A stretch of DNA of 64,000 nt from Nostoc sp. DedSLP01 (GTDB lineage Bacteria; Cyanobacteriota; Cyanobacteriia; Cyanobacteriales; Nostocaceae). The position numbers and the translations under genes were made by a program. The notes beneath the pieces were generated by a model. It searched no databases and had not been told where the DNA came from. It was given only the letters and a program-made list of their open reading frames with translations. The stretch lies in NCBI GenBank assembly GCA_034530875.2, contig JAVRCJ020000012.1, forward strand, positions 1 through 64,000. Direction: 5' to 3'. Below, piece after piece: positions 12,204-22,928 of this stretch. Position 1 is the first letter of the stretch. Every line of letters starts with the position of its first letter.

Positions 12204-12413
12204 TCCTGCGTGTCCCAACTCGTGTGAGCCTACATACTAGTACGAGAGGAAGGTAACGCTGCCAAATGCAGTGCGCGTTTGCGAACGAGGAGTGCGAAGA
12301 ACCTGGAAAGTCGGCTTAGAAGTAGCCATCTTTGAAAGAGTGTGTAACAACTCACCAGCGGAGTCCCTCTAGTAACTGAGAAAACGCAATGCTCCACCAA
12401 CTTGCACGCGGGA
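12204..12413 (+). ncRNA. Scaffold RNA unit F carrying sarcin-ricin loop plus GTPase-associated-centre mimic
   Basis: TCCTGCGTGT/GCACGCGGGA stem; CTAGTACGAGAGGA at 12237-12250; CTGGAAAGTCGGCTTAGAAGTAGCCATCTTTGAAAGAGTGTGTAACAACTCACCAG at 12303-12358. Confidence 0.75.
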
Positions 12414-12622
12414 AATAATTTGTAATTCGTAATTTGTAATTCGTAATTAAGAAGGTTATACGAATTGGAAAAAATAATGCGATAAATCAGTCATTTGTAG
12501 AGACGCGATTCATCGCGTCTTCACCTAAGGATATGTTGCGATCGCTAATTGAATTTGTATTAGATTTTATCCAGATTTTAGCATTGTATTTGTAGCGTTA
12601 TTTTAAATAATTCATATTAGTT

Positions 12623-13456
12623 ATGACTAACATATTTCAGCTAATCAACCAAATTGCTAACGCAGAAGGACAGTTGTGTAATACTCAATTTCTTGCACCT
12701 TGTGTAAAAGGTGGACGAGTTCGCACGCGAGTAGCAGGGATGGTCTACACTTTCAGACCAAAGCCTAGTAAATTTGAAGGTTGGGGTATCTTTCAAGCTG
12801 TGGATGAGAAAACAGCAATGGTTGTGGAAGAGGCAGATTTACCTCAAATAGCCGAATACCTGCAACACTTTCCCCAAATACGGTTGCGGTTAGCATACCA
12901 ATTGCAAGGACAAACTTGGTTAGCGTACCCTGTAAATGAAGCAGATATGCGTCAACGGTTGCACGTAGTTAAACCGATCGCCATTCATTTAGTAAGCGAA
13001 GGTATCATCTTTGACCAGATTATCGCCCGCTGGAATGGAAATTCCTGCTGGTTTGAAGAAATCGATCGCCGCACAGATCCCGCTATTGTTGAAACTCTGC
13101 AATCTGCGCTTAAGGAACTCGTTCCCGTTGAAGAATTGCAGTTCAAAGGTATGACGCCAGAAATTCGCACAGTGTATGAATTAGCAACTGCGCGGATTGA
13201 GGAATTCGATCGACCCAAACAGGATGAAAAGCGGCTAAGAAAAGCATTGCAGATGGGCGGCGGCGAATTAAAGCAATTTCAAGACCGCGGCGACTACTGG
13301 ACAGTTGACTGGACAACCGCTGATGGCGTTCGCCACAGTAGTGCGATCGCTAAAACTGACTTGACTGTAATCAGTTCTGGTATTTGCCTAAGTGGATACG
13401 ATCGCGACTTCGACTTGCAATCTTTAGTTGCTGTCATCGAACAACAAGAGTGGTGA
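12623..13456 (+). CDS. Hypothetical protein upstream of ThiF/E1
   Basis: 277-aa ORF with C-terminal SSGICLSGYDRDFDLQSL; no family recognised. Confidence 0.8.
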   Translation: MTNIFQLINQIANAEGQLCNTQFLAPCVKGGRVRTRVAGMVYTFRPKPSKFEGWGIFQAVDEKTAMVVEEADLPQIAEYLQHFPQIRLRLAYQLQGQTWLAYPVNEADMRQRLHVVKPIAIHLVSEGIIFDQIIARWNGNSCWFEEIDRRTDPAIVETLQSALKELVPVEELQFKGMTPEIRTVYELATARIEEFDRPKQDEKRLRKALQMGGGELKQFQDRGDYWTVDWTTADGVRHSSAIAKTDLTVISSGICLSGYDRDFDLQSLVAVIEQQEW

Positions 13457-13546
13457 ATTCAGAATTCAGAACTCAGGAGTCAGAAGTAAAACAGGTTTAA
13501 TACCGAGTACACAATCTAAAATCCAAAATCTAAAATCTAAAATCGA

Positions 13547-14185
13547 ATGAGTGTCTTTTTTCACGAACAGCTTTACCGCAGCAATGCTGTGATGGCAAAA
13601 TTGAAAAACTATCCTGTAACAATTTGTGGGGCGGGAGCATTAGGAGCTAATATTGCGGAAAACTTGGCTCGGTCTGGTTTTGAGAAACTTACAGTCATTG
13701 ACCGCGATCGCATTGAGGAACGTAACCTTTCCACCCAACCTTACTACCGTTCTGATGTGGGAGCATTCAAAGCCAAAATCTTGGCGAACAATTTATATAG
13801 AGCAATTGGTACTAAAGTTGATGCCAAAACCAAAGAATTGACATCAGCAAATGTAAATCAATTAATTCAAGATAGTCAGCTAATTATTGATGTTTTTGAC
13901 AATAGTATCGCCCGTCAAATACTAAAAGATTATGCCGATAAATTTAGCATTTCTTGTCTTCATGTTGGATTAGCGGCTGATTATGCAGAAGTGATTTGGA
14001 ATGAAGTTTATCGCGTGCCTTCTGAGGTAAATGATGATGTTTGCGATTATCCCTTAGCGCGAAACTTAGTAATGTTAACCGTTGCTGTAGCATGTGAAGC
14101 GATTGTCTCATTCATTGCCACAGCAGAACAACGTAACTTCACCATTACCTTAAAGGATTTGACTGTTCAATCTCTGTTTTTTTAG
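13547..14185 (+). CDS. ThiF/MoeB/E1 family adenylyltransferase
   Basis: ICGAGALGA, IDRDRIEERNLSTQ, DVGAFKA, DVFDN; Cys in DDVCDY. Confidence 0.88.
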   Translation: MSVFFHEQLYRSNAVMAKLKNYPVTICGAGALGANIAENLARSGFEKLTVIDRDRIEERNLSTQPYYRSDVGAFKAKILANNLYRAIGTKVDAKTKELTSANVNQLIQDSQLIIDVFDNSIARQILKDYADKFSISCLHVGLAADYAEVIWNEVYRVPSEVNDDVCDYPLARNLVMLTVAVACEAIVSFIATAEQRNFTITLKDLTVQSLFF

Positions 14186-14210
14186 ATGGCGAGGAAATCA
14201 AACAAGATAG

Positions 14211-17200
14211 TTAATTTATTTTAAGTCGTCCAGTCAAACAAGCAACTACAAGTAATAGTCGAGATGGTTCGACGGGTTTGGCTAGATGCACTTGGAAACC
14301 TGCACTTAGAGCCTCTCCACGTTCTCGATCTCTGGCGTGGGCGGTAAGTGCTACGGCGGGAATTTGTCCTCCTGATTCAGGACTCAGCGCCCTTACCTGA
14401 CGAATTAGCGTATAACCGTCTTCCTCTGGCATACTGATATCAGACAAAAGTAAGTCATATCCACCAGGGTTTGCCGTTAGGATTGATAATGCTTGCCTTG
14501 CAGATGCAACGGCTGTGACTTCAATTCCATAGACTTCAAGCATTGTAATCAATAATTCGCGTACATGCGTTTCGTCATCTACTACAAGTACGCGCAGACC
14601 ATCGACCGATGGTATAGCATCTTGGGATAGCAGCTGTTCTTCTAAAATTGCTGGCTGTGTAGCATTCGGTGCAGAAGTTGCTTTGAGGTTAGTTTCCAGG
14701 GGTAATTTGATGATAAACGTTGCCCCTTGTCCTTCGCCTGGGCTGTGGGCTTCAACTGTTCCGTCGTGGAGTTCTACGATGCTACGCACAATCGAAAGCC
14801 CTAGTCCCAGTCCAGTTTTTGAGCGAGTTTTGCTGGTATCTGCCTGACTGAAGCGATCGAAAATATATGGCAGAAAGTCAGCGCTGATGCCTTGACCTGT
14901 ATCGCTAACTTGAAGTTGAGCTTGTTTGTCAGTGTATTGTAGTAAAACTTCAATTCTGCCGCCGTCGGGGGTGAATTTAATGGCGTTAGTCAGTAAATTC
15001 CAAATAACTTGTTGCAAGCGATCGCCATCTCCTAAAATTCTTCTGGTGGAAGGTTGCAGTTGAGATTGAATTTGAATATTTTTCGAGTCTGCCAAGGAAC
15101 GCACTAGACGTATGGTTGCCTCAACTACAGGAGCAAGTTCTATCGATGCAGTCACCAAACGTAGCTTACCTGAGGTAATGCGGGAGATATCTAACAGATC
15201 CTCAATTAGCCTGGCTTGAACCTTGATGCTTTTTTCGATCGCTTCCAACCCCTGACTAATGCTATCTTCATCGAGCTGATGCGTTCGTAGCAGTTGCGCC
15301 CACCCCAGCATAATATTGAGTGGGTTTCGCAGTTCGTGGGAAAGAATTGATAAAAACTCATCTTTGGCGCGATTGGCTGTTTGGGCGGCAGTTCGGGCTA
15401 ATTGCTCTTGAGCCAACAGATGAGTGCGTTCTCTGTCCCACTCCTTGCGTTGCGTGATGTCTTCAATCATCAAGAGAATCAGTTGTTGCTCGTCTATTTT
15501 AGGTATTTTTCGAGCATTAAACCGAATGGTTTTTTGCACATTCTCAAAGTTATACTCGGCCTCAACGTCTTGAGATGGGATGTCATTGGGGAGAAAACTG
15601 TCTAAAAGCGATCGCAATGATTCCAGATTCCACTCTCCGTTGCCGATTTCAAAGATTAAGCGCCTTTCTGTTTCTAGTGGTAAAACATTGAACATTTCGT
15701 AGAAAGTTTGATTGGCACTAACTACTCGTAATTCTGTATTCAGAACTACCAAAGCTTCCCGGACGGTATTTACAATTGCTTCAGCGTAATCGCGAGACCC
15801 TCTAAGCTGCGCCGCAGTGCGTTTCATGGCGTCAATGTCAAGCAACACGATCGTCACACCATCAATTTTGTTATCTATTGTGCGATAAGGTCGAATTCGC
15901 AGGTCGTAGAAATGACCTTCTTGGTCTTCGACTTCCTGAGCTTTCAGGTTGAGGTTGCTAATCACTTCTAAGATTTGTTTCTCTAAATCTGCGATATTGA
16001 GACTATGGTTAATATCGCTCAGGGGTCGCCCTACATCTGTGGGAATCAAATTAAAGATTGGCTGCGCTGAAGGTGTAAAACGCCGAATCCGCAAATCGCC
16101 TCCTAACATGAGGATGGGAATATTAATGCTGCTGAGTAGATTTAGTAAATCGTTAGTGACTTGAGTCGATTCGATATTCCGCCGTTGCAGTTCGTCGTTA
16201 ATGGTACTCAGTTCTTCATTAGTTGCTTGAATTTCTTCTTTGGCAGTTTCCAATTCTTCATTGGTACTTTGCAACTCTTCGTTACTTGAGAGGATCTCTT
16301 CGTTGGCAGCTCTCAGGTTTTGATTGGTGGCTTGCTGTTCCTCAATAATTGATTGCAGATGTTCTTTGGTGGTTGCCAACTCCTGTTTGAGTTGAATAAT
16401 TTCTTGGTCTTGTTGCGACGATCGCTTAGATTTGAGGCGGCGATCGCCAGTTGCTTGTGGTGCAGTATTTAATGGGGAGGGGATCTCTTCAAATAAAATT
16501 AAAAAGTAGGATTCTCCTGTGGAAGATTTAAACGGAATTACATTCAACTTAACCTGCTTAAATCCATCGCCATCTCTAAGTTGTAAACCTTCCTTGGTGA
16601 TGGAATGTTGCTCCTTTTTGGCCTGGTGAATTGCTGTGCGTAATTCTAGCCGCAAATCTTCTTTGACCATCTTCAGCACATTAAAGCTTGGTCTTCCTGG
16701 TGCAGGTTGGAGATAGGAACTAGTCTGTCCTCTAAATTGCAGAATTTCTAAATCGCTGTTGATAATTACACCAGCCGGAGAGTATCGATTTAACACAATC
16801 CCATCGGCTTCTTTTTGGATTTCTAAATCGTTAGATACATCGTTGTTGACTGGGCGTCGAGAGTTTATAGTTTCTACAGGATAGGGGTTGGGAAGCAAAT
16901 CGATATTCGGTTGAGCAAATGCTCTTTTCCGTAAATAAAGCTTGTACTTTCTGTCTATTAAAGCAAACAAGTCTGTAAACTCACCGACTGTTTCTGAAGT
17001 ACCTAACATCAAATAGCCCGTTGACTGAAGAGCATAGTGGAAGATTGGTAAGAGTTTCTTTTGCGCTCTAGATCCTAAATAAATTAAAACATTTCGACAA
17101 GTAATCAAATCCATTCGCGAAAAAGGTGGATCGACGATCGGGTTTTGTCTGGCGAAGACACACAACTCGCGTACTACTTTACTAATTTGGTAACCGTTTT

Positions 17201-18425
17201 CTACCTGAACAAAAAAGCGCTGTAGGCGTTCTGGAGAGATATTTGCTACTTGAGAGGGTTTGTAAATGGCGTTGCGTGCTTTCTCAATCGCCACTTCATT
17301 AATGTCTGTAGCAAAAATTTGAATCGGCAGATTGATTCCTTGAGTTGTTAAATACTCCAGCAAGCAAATGGCTATGGAGTAAGCTTCCTCGCCTGTCGAA
17401 CATCCTGCTACCCAAATTCGCAACGGCGATTGTGGGGTTCGATTCTTGCTAATGTTGGGAAATACGTTAGTTTTTAAAGCCTCAAAAGCTTCGCTATCCC
17501 GGAAAAAGCTGCTGACAGGGATCAGCACATCTTGATACAAAGCCTTGACTTCATCAGGTTGTTCTTGAAGATACTTGACATAATCTTCTAGTCTTTCAAG
17601 CTTGTACACAATCATCCGGCGCAAGATCCGCCGCTTCACAGTAGTTTCCTTGTAGTAGCTAAAGTCAACTCCTGTAGAAATTCGCAGCAGGCTAAAGATT
17701 TTAGACATAGCATCCGTATTTTCTGCTGGCAATACCTCGCTAGGTTTGATTGGGGTAGAGCTAGCGACATAAGGATGATTGCTAATTTTCACCAGTTCTT
17801 CGGCGATCTCTTGTGGGGGTAAGATAAAGTCTACATAACCATAAGCGATCGCGGTATTCGGCATATTAGCGACTTGTGCTGTATCTTCAGACTGGGCAAA
17901 GGTAATGCCCCCAGCTCCCTTAATTACTTCCAAGCCCCTTGCGCCATCTGCATCGCCTCCTGATAGTACCACTGCGATCGCTTTGCTTCCCCGTTCCTCT
18001 GCCAACGAAATAAAAAAAGCATCCACTGTCATACAATGGCCGCGTATCTTCTCCCGTGGTGACAGTTTCAACACCCCCTGAGAAATAGTCATCTTGGCAT
18101 TGGGCGGAATCACATACACATGATTTGGCTCCACCACCATCTCATCCTCCACCTCATGTACGGGCATCTGAGTTTTTTTAGAGAGAATCTCACTCAACAA
18201 ACTTTTTTGATTGGGGCTTAAGTGCTGAATCAGCACAAACGCCATGCCTGTATCAGTTGGCAAATGGTCGAGCAATTGTGTAAACGCCTCCAATCCACCC
18301 GCAGAGGCTCCAATTGCCACAATTGGAAATAATTCTTTGGCTTCGTCTTGATTTTCTCCGCTATTGCTAGCTTCCCCTGTAATGGAATTAGATTGAGACT
18401 TTTTGGAAGACCGCCGAGATGTCAT
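14211..18425 (-). CDS. CheB-CheR-PAS hybrid histidine kinase with receiver domain
   Basis: IGASAGG (CheB), WVAGCSTGEEAYS (CheR), SHELRNPL H-box, GLGLGL G2 box, C-terminal REC domain. Confidence 0.92.
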   Translation of the reverse strand: MTSRRSSKKSQSNSITGEASNSGENQDEAKELFPIVAIGASAGGLEAFTQLLDHLPTDTGMAFVLIQHLSPNQKSLLSEILSKKTQMPVHEVEDEMVVEPNHVYVIPPNAKMTISQGVLKLSPREKIRGHCMTVDAFFISLAEERGSKAIAVVLSGGDADGARGLEVIKGAGGITFAQSEDTAQVANMPNTAIAYGYVDFILPPQEIAEELVKISNHPYVASSTPIKPSEVLPAENTDAMSKIFSLLRISTGVDFSYYKETTVKRRILRRMIVYKLERLEDYVKYLQEQPDEVKALYQDVLIPVSSFFRDSEAFEALKTNVFPNISKNRTPQSPLRIWVAGCSTGEEAYSIAICLLEYLTTQGINLPIQIFATDINEVAIEKARNAIYKPSQVANISPERLQRFFVQVENGYQISKVVRELCVFARQNPIVDPPFSRMDLITCRNVLIYLGSRAQKKLLPIFHYALQSTGYLMLGTSETVGEFTDLFALIDRKYKLYLRKRAFAQPNIDLLPNPYPVETINSRRPVNNDVSNDLEIQKEADGIVLNRYSPAGVIINSDLEILQFRGQTSSYLQPAPGRPSFNVLKMVKEDLRLELRTAIHQAKKEQHSITKEGLQLRDGDGFKQVKLNVIPFKSSTGESYFLILFEEIPSPLNTAPQATGDRRLKSKRSSQQDQEIIQLKQELATTKEHLQSIIEEQQATNQNLRAANEEILSSNEELQSTNEELETAKEEIQATNEELSTINDELQRRNIESTQVTNDLLNLLSSINIPILMLGGDLRIRRFTPSAQPIFNLIPTDVGRPLSDINHSLNIADLEKQILEVISNLNLKAQEVEDQEGHFYDLRIRPYRTIDNKIDGVTIVLLDIDAMKRTAAQLRGSRDYAEAIVNTVREALVVLNTELRVVSANQTFYEMFNVLPLETERRLIFEIGNGEWNLESLRSLLDSFLPNDIPSQDVEAEYNFENVQKTIRFNARKIPKIDEQQLILLMIEDITQRKEWDRERTHLLAQEQLARTAAQTANRAKDEFLSILSHELRNPLNIMLGWAQLLRTHQLDEDSISQGLEAIEKSIKVQARLIEDLLDISRITSGKLRLVTASIELAPVVEATIRLVRSLADSKNIQIQSQLQPSTRRILGDGDRLQQVIWNLLTNAIKFTPDGGRIEVLLQYTDKQAQLQVSDTGQGISADFLPYIFDRFSQADTSKTRSKTGLGLGLSIVRSIVELHDGTVEAHSPGEGQGATFIIKLPLETNLKATSAPNATQPAILEEQLLSQDAIPSVDGLRVLVVDDETHVRELLITMLEVYGIEVTAVASARQALSILTANPGGYDLLLSDISMPEEDGYTLIRQVRALSPESGGQIPAVALTAHARDRERGEALSAGFQVHLAKPVEPSRLLLVVACLTGRLKIN

Positions 18426-18660
18426 GTTATGTACTATATATAGTTTGGGGTGCTTCGTTTTTAATTAAAATGAATTATATATTTCTATTGTGATTAATTT
18501 TATTAGCTTTAACTGAATGGGGCTAATGTTATACCCATAGTAGTAGAAATGTCATAATTCAAAAGTAACATTTGCGAACACTTTAGATCCAAACCAACAC
18601 TTATAGTAATCCGGTTTGATTTTTGAACTGAATTGCCTAAACCGCCCCTCCCAAGGCATC

Positions 18661-18812
18661 CAACGGTGTACGCGCAAGTCGAATTACCCCACCCTAGCCC
18701 TCCCCTTGTAAAGGGGAGGGAACAATATCTCTTTTTCCCCCTTTGACAAGGGGGGATTAAGGGGGGTAATGTCCGGGATTTAAGAAGAAATTCGACTTGT
18801 GTGTACGCCCAC
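18661..18812. mobile_element. MITE-like inverted-repeat element
   Basis: ACGGTGTACGCGCAAGTCGAATT...AATTCGACTTGTGTGTACGCC ends; the same end motif occurs at about 59-77 and 27409-27428. Confidence 0.55.
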
Positions 18813-18991
18813 ATTTGATTGCGTGAAAAAAATCAGTACATCCAGACAAGGCTTCTGTACTACTCCCTGTCTACACAAATAAATTCTTCAAATCAAAGCG
18901 GATTCCTAATATATATGGAGCGATATCGTAGACATCGCTCCATCAATTCCGAGCAAATAATATTCTGAATATCACCAGAAGAATTTGATAG

Positions 18992-20965
18992 TTATGCCTC
19001 GCTCAGACTAGATAAACTTTCTTCTACTTCAGCACGATCTGTTGCGTTGGGATTCAGCCGAAGATAAGTCTGGAGGTCGGCTGATGCGGCATCAGACTGA
19101 CCTAAACTAATTAATACGATCGCCCGATTTTGATATAAGTCTGGATTGTCTGGGGATAAAGCGATCGCAGCTGATAAATCGCTCAAAGCTTCTGGTAATT
19201 GTCCGAGTTCGTAGTGAACTGTAGCCCGATTTGCTAATAATAAAGGTTGCTGTGAATTTAAATCAAGCGCAGCATTATAATCTAATAAAGCTGCTTCTAA
19301 ATTTCCCGATGCTTCCAATGCTTGAGCGCGACCAATCAATGCTGGAATTTGAGTAGGTTGTAAATCGATAGCAACTGAATAAGCCTTGATTGCTTCTTCG
19401 ATTAAACCTTTTAAAGCATAGCAATGTCCGATATTCATCCAGACTTCATAGTATGGCGGACTAAGTTCAATAGCTTGGTGATAATCGTGCAAAGCATTTT
19501 CTAATTGACCCATACGTTGGTAAGCATTACCGCGATCGTTGTAGTATTCTGAGTAGTTTGGATCGGCGTTAATGGCAGCAGTAAAATAAATTATAGCTTC
19601 TTCTAATTCACCCATTGCTGCATATACTTGAGCAATGTTATAGTCCAAAACTGAGCGATGCAATCGATGTTTCCCTTCACTCAAATGAATTTTGAATTCT
19701 TCAATTGCCGACTTACAAAGTGCGATCGCTTCTTGAGGAAGACCTTGACGGTGTTTAACAAGTGCTAAACCGTTCATATCGAAAGCCGTCATAAAATGTT
19801 TATCATCAGCTGGAATATCCGCAGTCGGGTCTGCTAAGATGCTCAGACTGCGATTGAGATAATCTTCAGCTAAAGCGTGGTCGTGTTCCGGCAAAAAGCG
19901 AGTATGGAACATAGCCATTATGTAATAAGCTCGAACTAACTGCGCTGGTGCATCAAGTTTGAGCAGAGCTTCTTCTTGAACTATTTGATATGCCTTGTCA
20001 ATATTTTTTGTTGTTGCGTAGCAATTAAAAAGATTGCCAACCATATTCCATCGCATGTTATTGTCTGTTCCACAAAGATGGTCAAGTTGAGTAGCAACAG
20101 ATTCACAGTAAACTAATGCATCTTCATAAAAACCTTGATGGTTATAAATTCCTAAAAGTCTTGCTTGCCAAATCAATGCTTTTTCAGGTTGGTCGCTTTT
20201 TAACCAATAGGAAACCAGCCGCGGCCCGTGAATTTCCAGTTCAATAGCATCTCTACCAATTTGTTCCTCTAACTTTTGTGCCAGTTGGGACATTTTTTCT
20301 GGAGAAATTACTACTTCTGGTGCTGTTGGTAATTCCAAGCTAATCTTTTGTGCCAAAAACTTTTGATTTAAGTGAATAATGGCAGTTTCACCAGTCTTAG
20401 GAGCAGTAGCAAAGAGCAAACTTAACTTTAGTTTTTGTCCCCGACGACGAATCAGTTCGGCAAAAAAGCGGCGTACTAAAAATCCTGCTTGCTCGTAATT
20501 ATTACAAGCAATTACCCAAGGAGAACCATCGGTGCGATCGTACCAGGAATCGAGTAAATCTATTACACCATGTATTATCCTATAAGCTCGATCCAAAGGA
20601 TAATTGCGTACCCTTTCATCATCAATAGAACTATCTGTTAAATTCGGGTTTCTTACCGATATTTGACGCCTTAAAGCAGGCAAAATCATTGCTAATTCAT
20701 AACTATGTTTAGTAATTAAATGTGGTGCTTTTGCTTGAATATCTGGTAAAATTTGATTTAGCCATTCATTTAATCCAGCCCATAATCCATCTTCTTGGGT
20801 ATTAAATGATAAGAGCCAAGTTTTTGCCTTATTTTCTTCACTTACCCGTAACCATTCCTGCAAAACTTCTAACCTGGCACTACCGGATTCTGCCTCTAGT
20901 AAAATTACCTTACCAATTTCTGGCTGTTGTAAAATAGTTTGTTCGAGAGTATTGTGGCGCTTCAT
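18992..20965 (-). CDS. TPR protein with a degenerate N-terminal P-loop-like domain
   Basis: Clear C-terminal TPRs (YYNDRGNAY...AIELSP); N-terminal VILLEAESGSAR. Confidence 0.8.
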   Translation of the reverse strand: MKRHNTLEQTILQQPEIGKVILLEAESGSARLEVLQEWLRVSEENKAKTWLLSFNTQEDGLWAGLNEWLNQILPDIQAKAPHLITKHSYELAMILPALRRQISVRNPNLTDSSIDDERVRNYPLDRAYRIIHGVIDLLDSWYDRTDGSPWVIACNNYEQAGFLVRRFFAELIRRRGQKLKLSLLFATAPKTGETAIIHLNQKFLAQKISLELPTAPEVVISPEKMSQLAQKLEEQIGRDAIELEIHGPRLVSYWLKSDQPEKALIWQARLLGIYNHQGFYEDALVYCESVATQLDHLCGTDNNMRWNMVGNLFNCYATTKNIDKAYQIVQEEALLKLDAPAQLVRAYYIMAMFHTRFLPEHDHALAEDYLNRSLSILADPTADIPADDKHFMTAFDMNGLALVKHRQGLPQEAIALCKSAIEEFKIHLSEGKHRLHRSVLDYNIAQVYAAMGELEEAIIYFTAAINADPNYSEYYNDRGNAYQRMGQLENALHDYHQAIELSPPYYEVWMNIGHCYALKGLIEEAIKAYSVAIDLQPTQIPALIGRAQALEASGNLEAALLDYNAALDLNSQQPLLLANRATVHYELGQLPEALSDLSAAIALSPDNPDLYQNRAIVLISLGQSDAASADLQTYLRLNPNATDRAEVEESLSSLSEA

Positions 20966-20968
20966 AAT

Positions 20969-22195
20969 TTATCTCCTTTTAATATGACGAAAACTATTAA
21001 TCCACAGGAAAATACCAATACCTTGAATTCCAAAAACCAGCAATCCCATTATTAAGGCATCGGTGAAGGCATAAGGATTAGATTCATATCCTGCACTCAA
21101 CGTGCCTAAAAGTAGAGAAGCATAATTCCACATAGTTGGAATACCGATGAAGAACAGCGACCAAAATGCAGCGATGTGACCGAGAACGTAGATAACAGAG
21201 TAACAGCGAATCACTCGCATCTCGCCTTTAGGAATAGACGATTGGTCGGTGGGATGAGAAAATCTGAATAATCGCAATATTTGGTTTTGTACGAAAACCT
21301 TTGTATCCTTCATCAGACTTCTACATCTAAAAAAGTTGGCAATTACGTAATAAAAATCAGTCCGAAGAAAGAAATAACATTGCCAAAGTATAGCTAGGAG
21401 ATAAGTCAAAGCGATCGCCTGCATCAACTGCAAAGCAAAAGGAGCGAAAGCTAGCCATTTTTGTTGTTCGGCAAACAAAACCAGTAGCAAGATAGAAGCT
21501 GATACAAGATCTAGTAAAGGTCCTGCAAGAAAAGGTAAATATCGCTGATTTCGAGGAACACCCCATATCCCCGTCATATCTGTTTCTGCTACAAGCATCC
21601 AAAGGCGATTGCTAAGTCTTAATTGACAAGAAACACCCACTGCTTTAGCAGCTAATAAATGAGCCATCTCATGCAGAAACACTGCAATCACATTAATCCC
21701 AGTTAAAATTAATGCCATCATCGTGACATTCTTGTTAAAGACAAGAGCTTGATAACCAGGCATAATTGTAGGCTGCAAGCAAACAGCAACTAAAGCCAGA
21801 AATATGATTAATCCACAACCAATTAATACTTGATTACTAAATAAAAGCCGGGCAAAATCTTGAGAAATCCAAGTGAAGTGATTTATTTGCTTCGGTTGCT
21901 TAGTATATGTTGGTAAAATTGTTTTTTTTGCAGATAGAATATTAACAAAATCGTTTAATTCTAAAACTTCTAACAGACCTTCAATATCTGGCACTTCATT
22001 ATACTTTTGCTCGTAAAGCCATTGTGCCTGTCCGATAGTTTTGCCAGCAGCCAAATAGTCCAGTAACTCTATTGCATCAGAAGGCAATGCTAGAAAAATA
22101 TTAGTATCTACTCTACCAATAATGAATTCATCTCCTTCAGGTTGGCGAGTAAATGGATAAATAGAAACCAGAGCATCGGCAGGATATCTGGTCAC
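20969..22195 (-). CDS. Membrane metalloprotease (M50-like) with probable PqqD/RRE N-terminal domain
   Basis: FLHEMAH, FLAGP and RTDFYY motifs within transmembrane segments; N-terminal strands-then-helices pattern. Confidence 0.7.
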   Translation of the reverse strand: MTRYPADALVSIYPFTRQPEGDEFIIGRVDTNIFLALPSDAIELLDYLAAGKTIGQAQWLYEQKYNEVPDIEGLLEVLELNDFVNILSAKKTILPTYTKQPKQINHFTWISQDFARLLFSNQVLIGCGLIIFLALVAVCLQPTIMPGYQALVFNKNVTMMALILTGINVIAVFLHEMAHLLAAKAVGVSCQLRLSNRLWMLVAETDMTGIWGVPRNQRYLPFLAGPLLDLVSASILLLVLFAEQQKWLAFAPFALQLMQAIALTYLLAILWQCYFFLRTDFYYVIANFFRCRSLMKDTKVFVQNQILRLFRFSHPTDQSSIPKGEMRVIRCYSVIYVLGHIAAFWSLFFIGIPTMWNYASLLLGTLSAGYESNPYAFTDALIMGLLVFGIQGIGIFLWINSFRHIKRR

Positions 22196-22457
22196 GTCAA
22201 ATTTCCTTCCTAATTGAATGTTGTAATAATTCTGAATTCAGGAGTCACAATCAATAGACTTGTTGTTATAAAACTCCTAATTTTCAACTTTTTTCTCTAC
22301 ACTTACCCTATGTAAACGCCTAAAAGCAAATGCATAAGAGAAAAATTTTTATTAATTAATGGTGGATTGCAATCCACCACTAATTTCACGTGGAGCTAGC
22401 TCAATGAACTATTTACAATATCAAGTTAAAATTCAATAGTTCATTGATTGTCTTAGC

Positions 22458-22580
22458 TTACCAACAACTACTGCATATCCAGCAGACATAAGCAGCAGCA
22501 GCGGTAGTTTTGAGAGTTTCAACTTCACGAATCGCAAATTTCTTCAATGTTTTAGGTTGACTAGCTTGTACGGTTTTCAT
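22458..22580 (-). CDS. Precursor peptide copy 3 (40 aa)
   Basis: MKTVQASQPKTLKKFAIREVETLKTTAAAAYVCWICSSCW*, translated by hand; below the ORF-track cutoff. Confidence 0.85.
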   Translation of the reverse strand: MKTVQASQPKTLKKFAIREVETLKTTAAAAYVCWICSSCW

Positions 22581-22693
22581 TATTTTTTCCAGAGTTTAAT
22601 GTTTGTTTTGGGCAATGTTATCTACCCTTATGTTGATGAATATAAATAACAATCGGGTAAAACTAGGGGAGGTAATTGAATTAATTTCCAAAA

Positions 22694-22816
22694 TTACCAA
22701 CAACTACTGCATATCCAGCAGACATAAGCAGCAGCAGCAGTAGTTTTTAGAGTTTCCACTTCACGAATCGCAAATTTCTTCAATGTTTTAGGTTGCTTAG
22801 CTTCTAGAGTTTTCAT
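22694..22816 (-). CDS. Precursor peptide copy 2 (40 aa)
   Basis: MKTLEAKQPKTLKKFAIREVETLKTTAAAAYVCWICSSCW*. Confidence 0.85.
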   Translation of the reverse strand: MKTLEAKQPKTLKKFAIREVETLKTTAAAAYVCWICSSCW

Positions 22817-22928
22817 TGTTTTTTCCTGATTTTGATGTGTGGACTGGGCAATGTTCTCTGCCCTTGTGTTTATGAATATAGAGAGCGATCGGGTAAAACT
22901 AGGGGAGGTAATTGAATAATTTCAGAAA

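Noticed and set aside
12237..12364. rRNA gene or simple rRNA pseudogene
   Set aside because: Only short, non-collinear functional motifs are present, enclosed in the scaffold and with compensatory changes.
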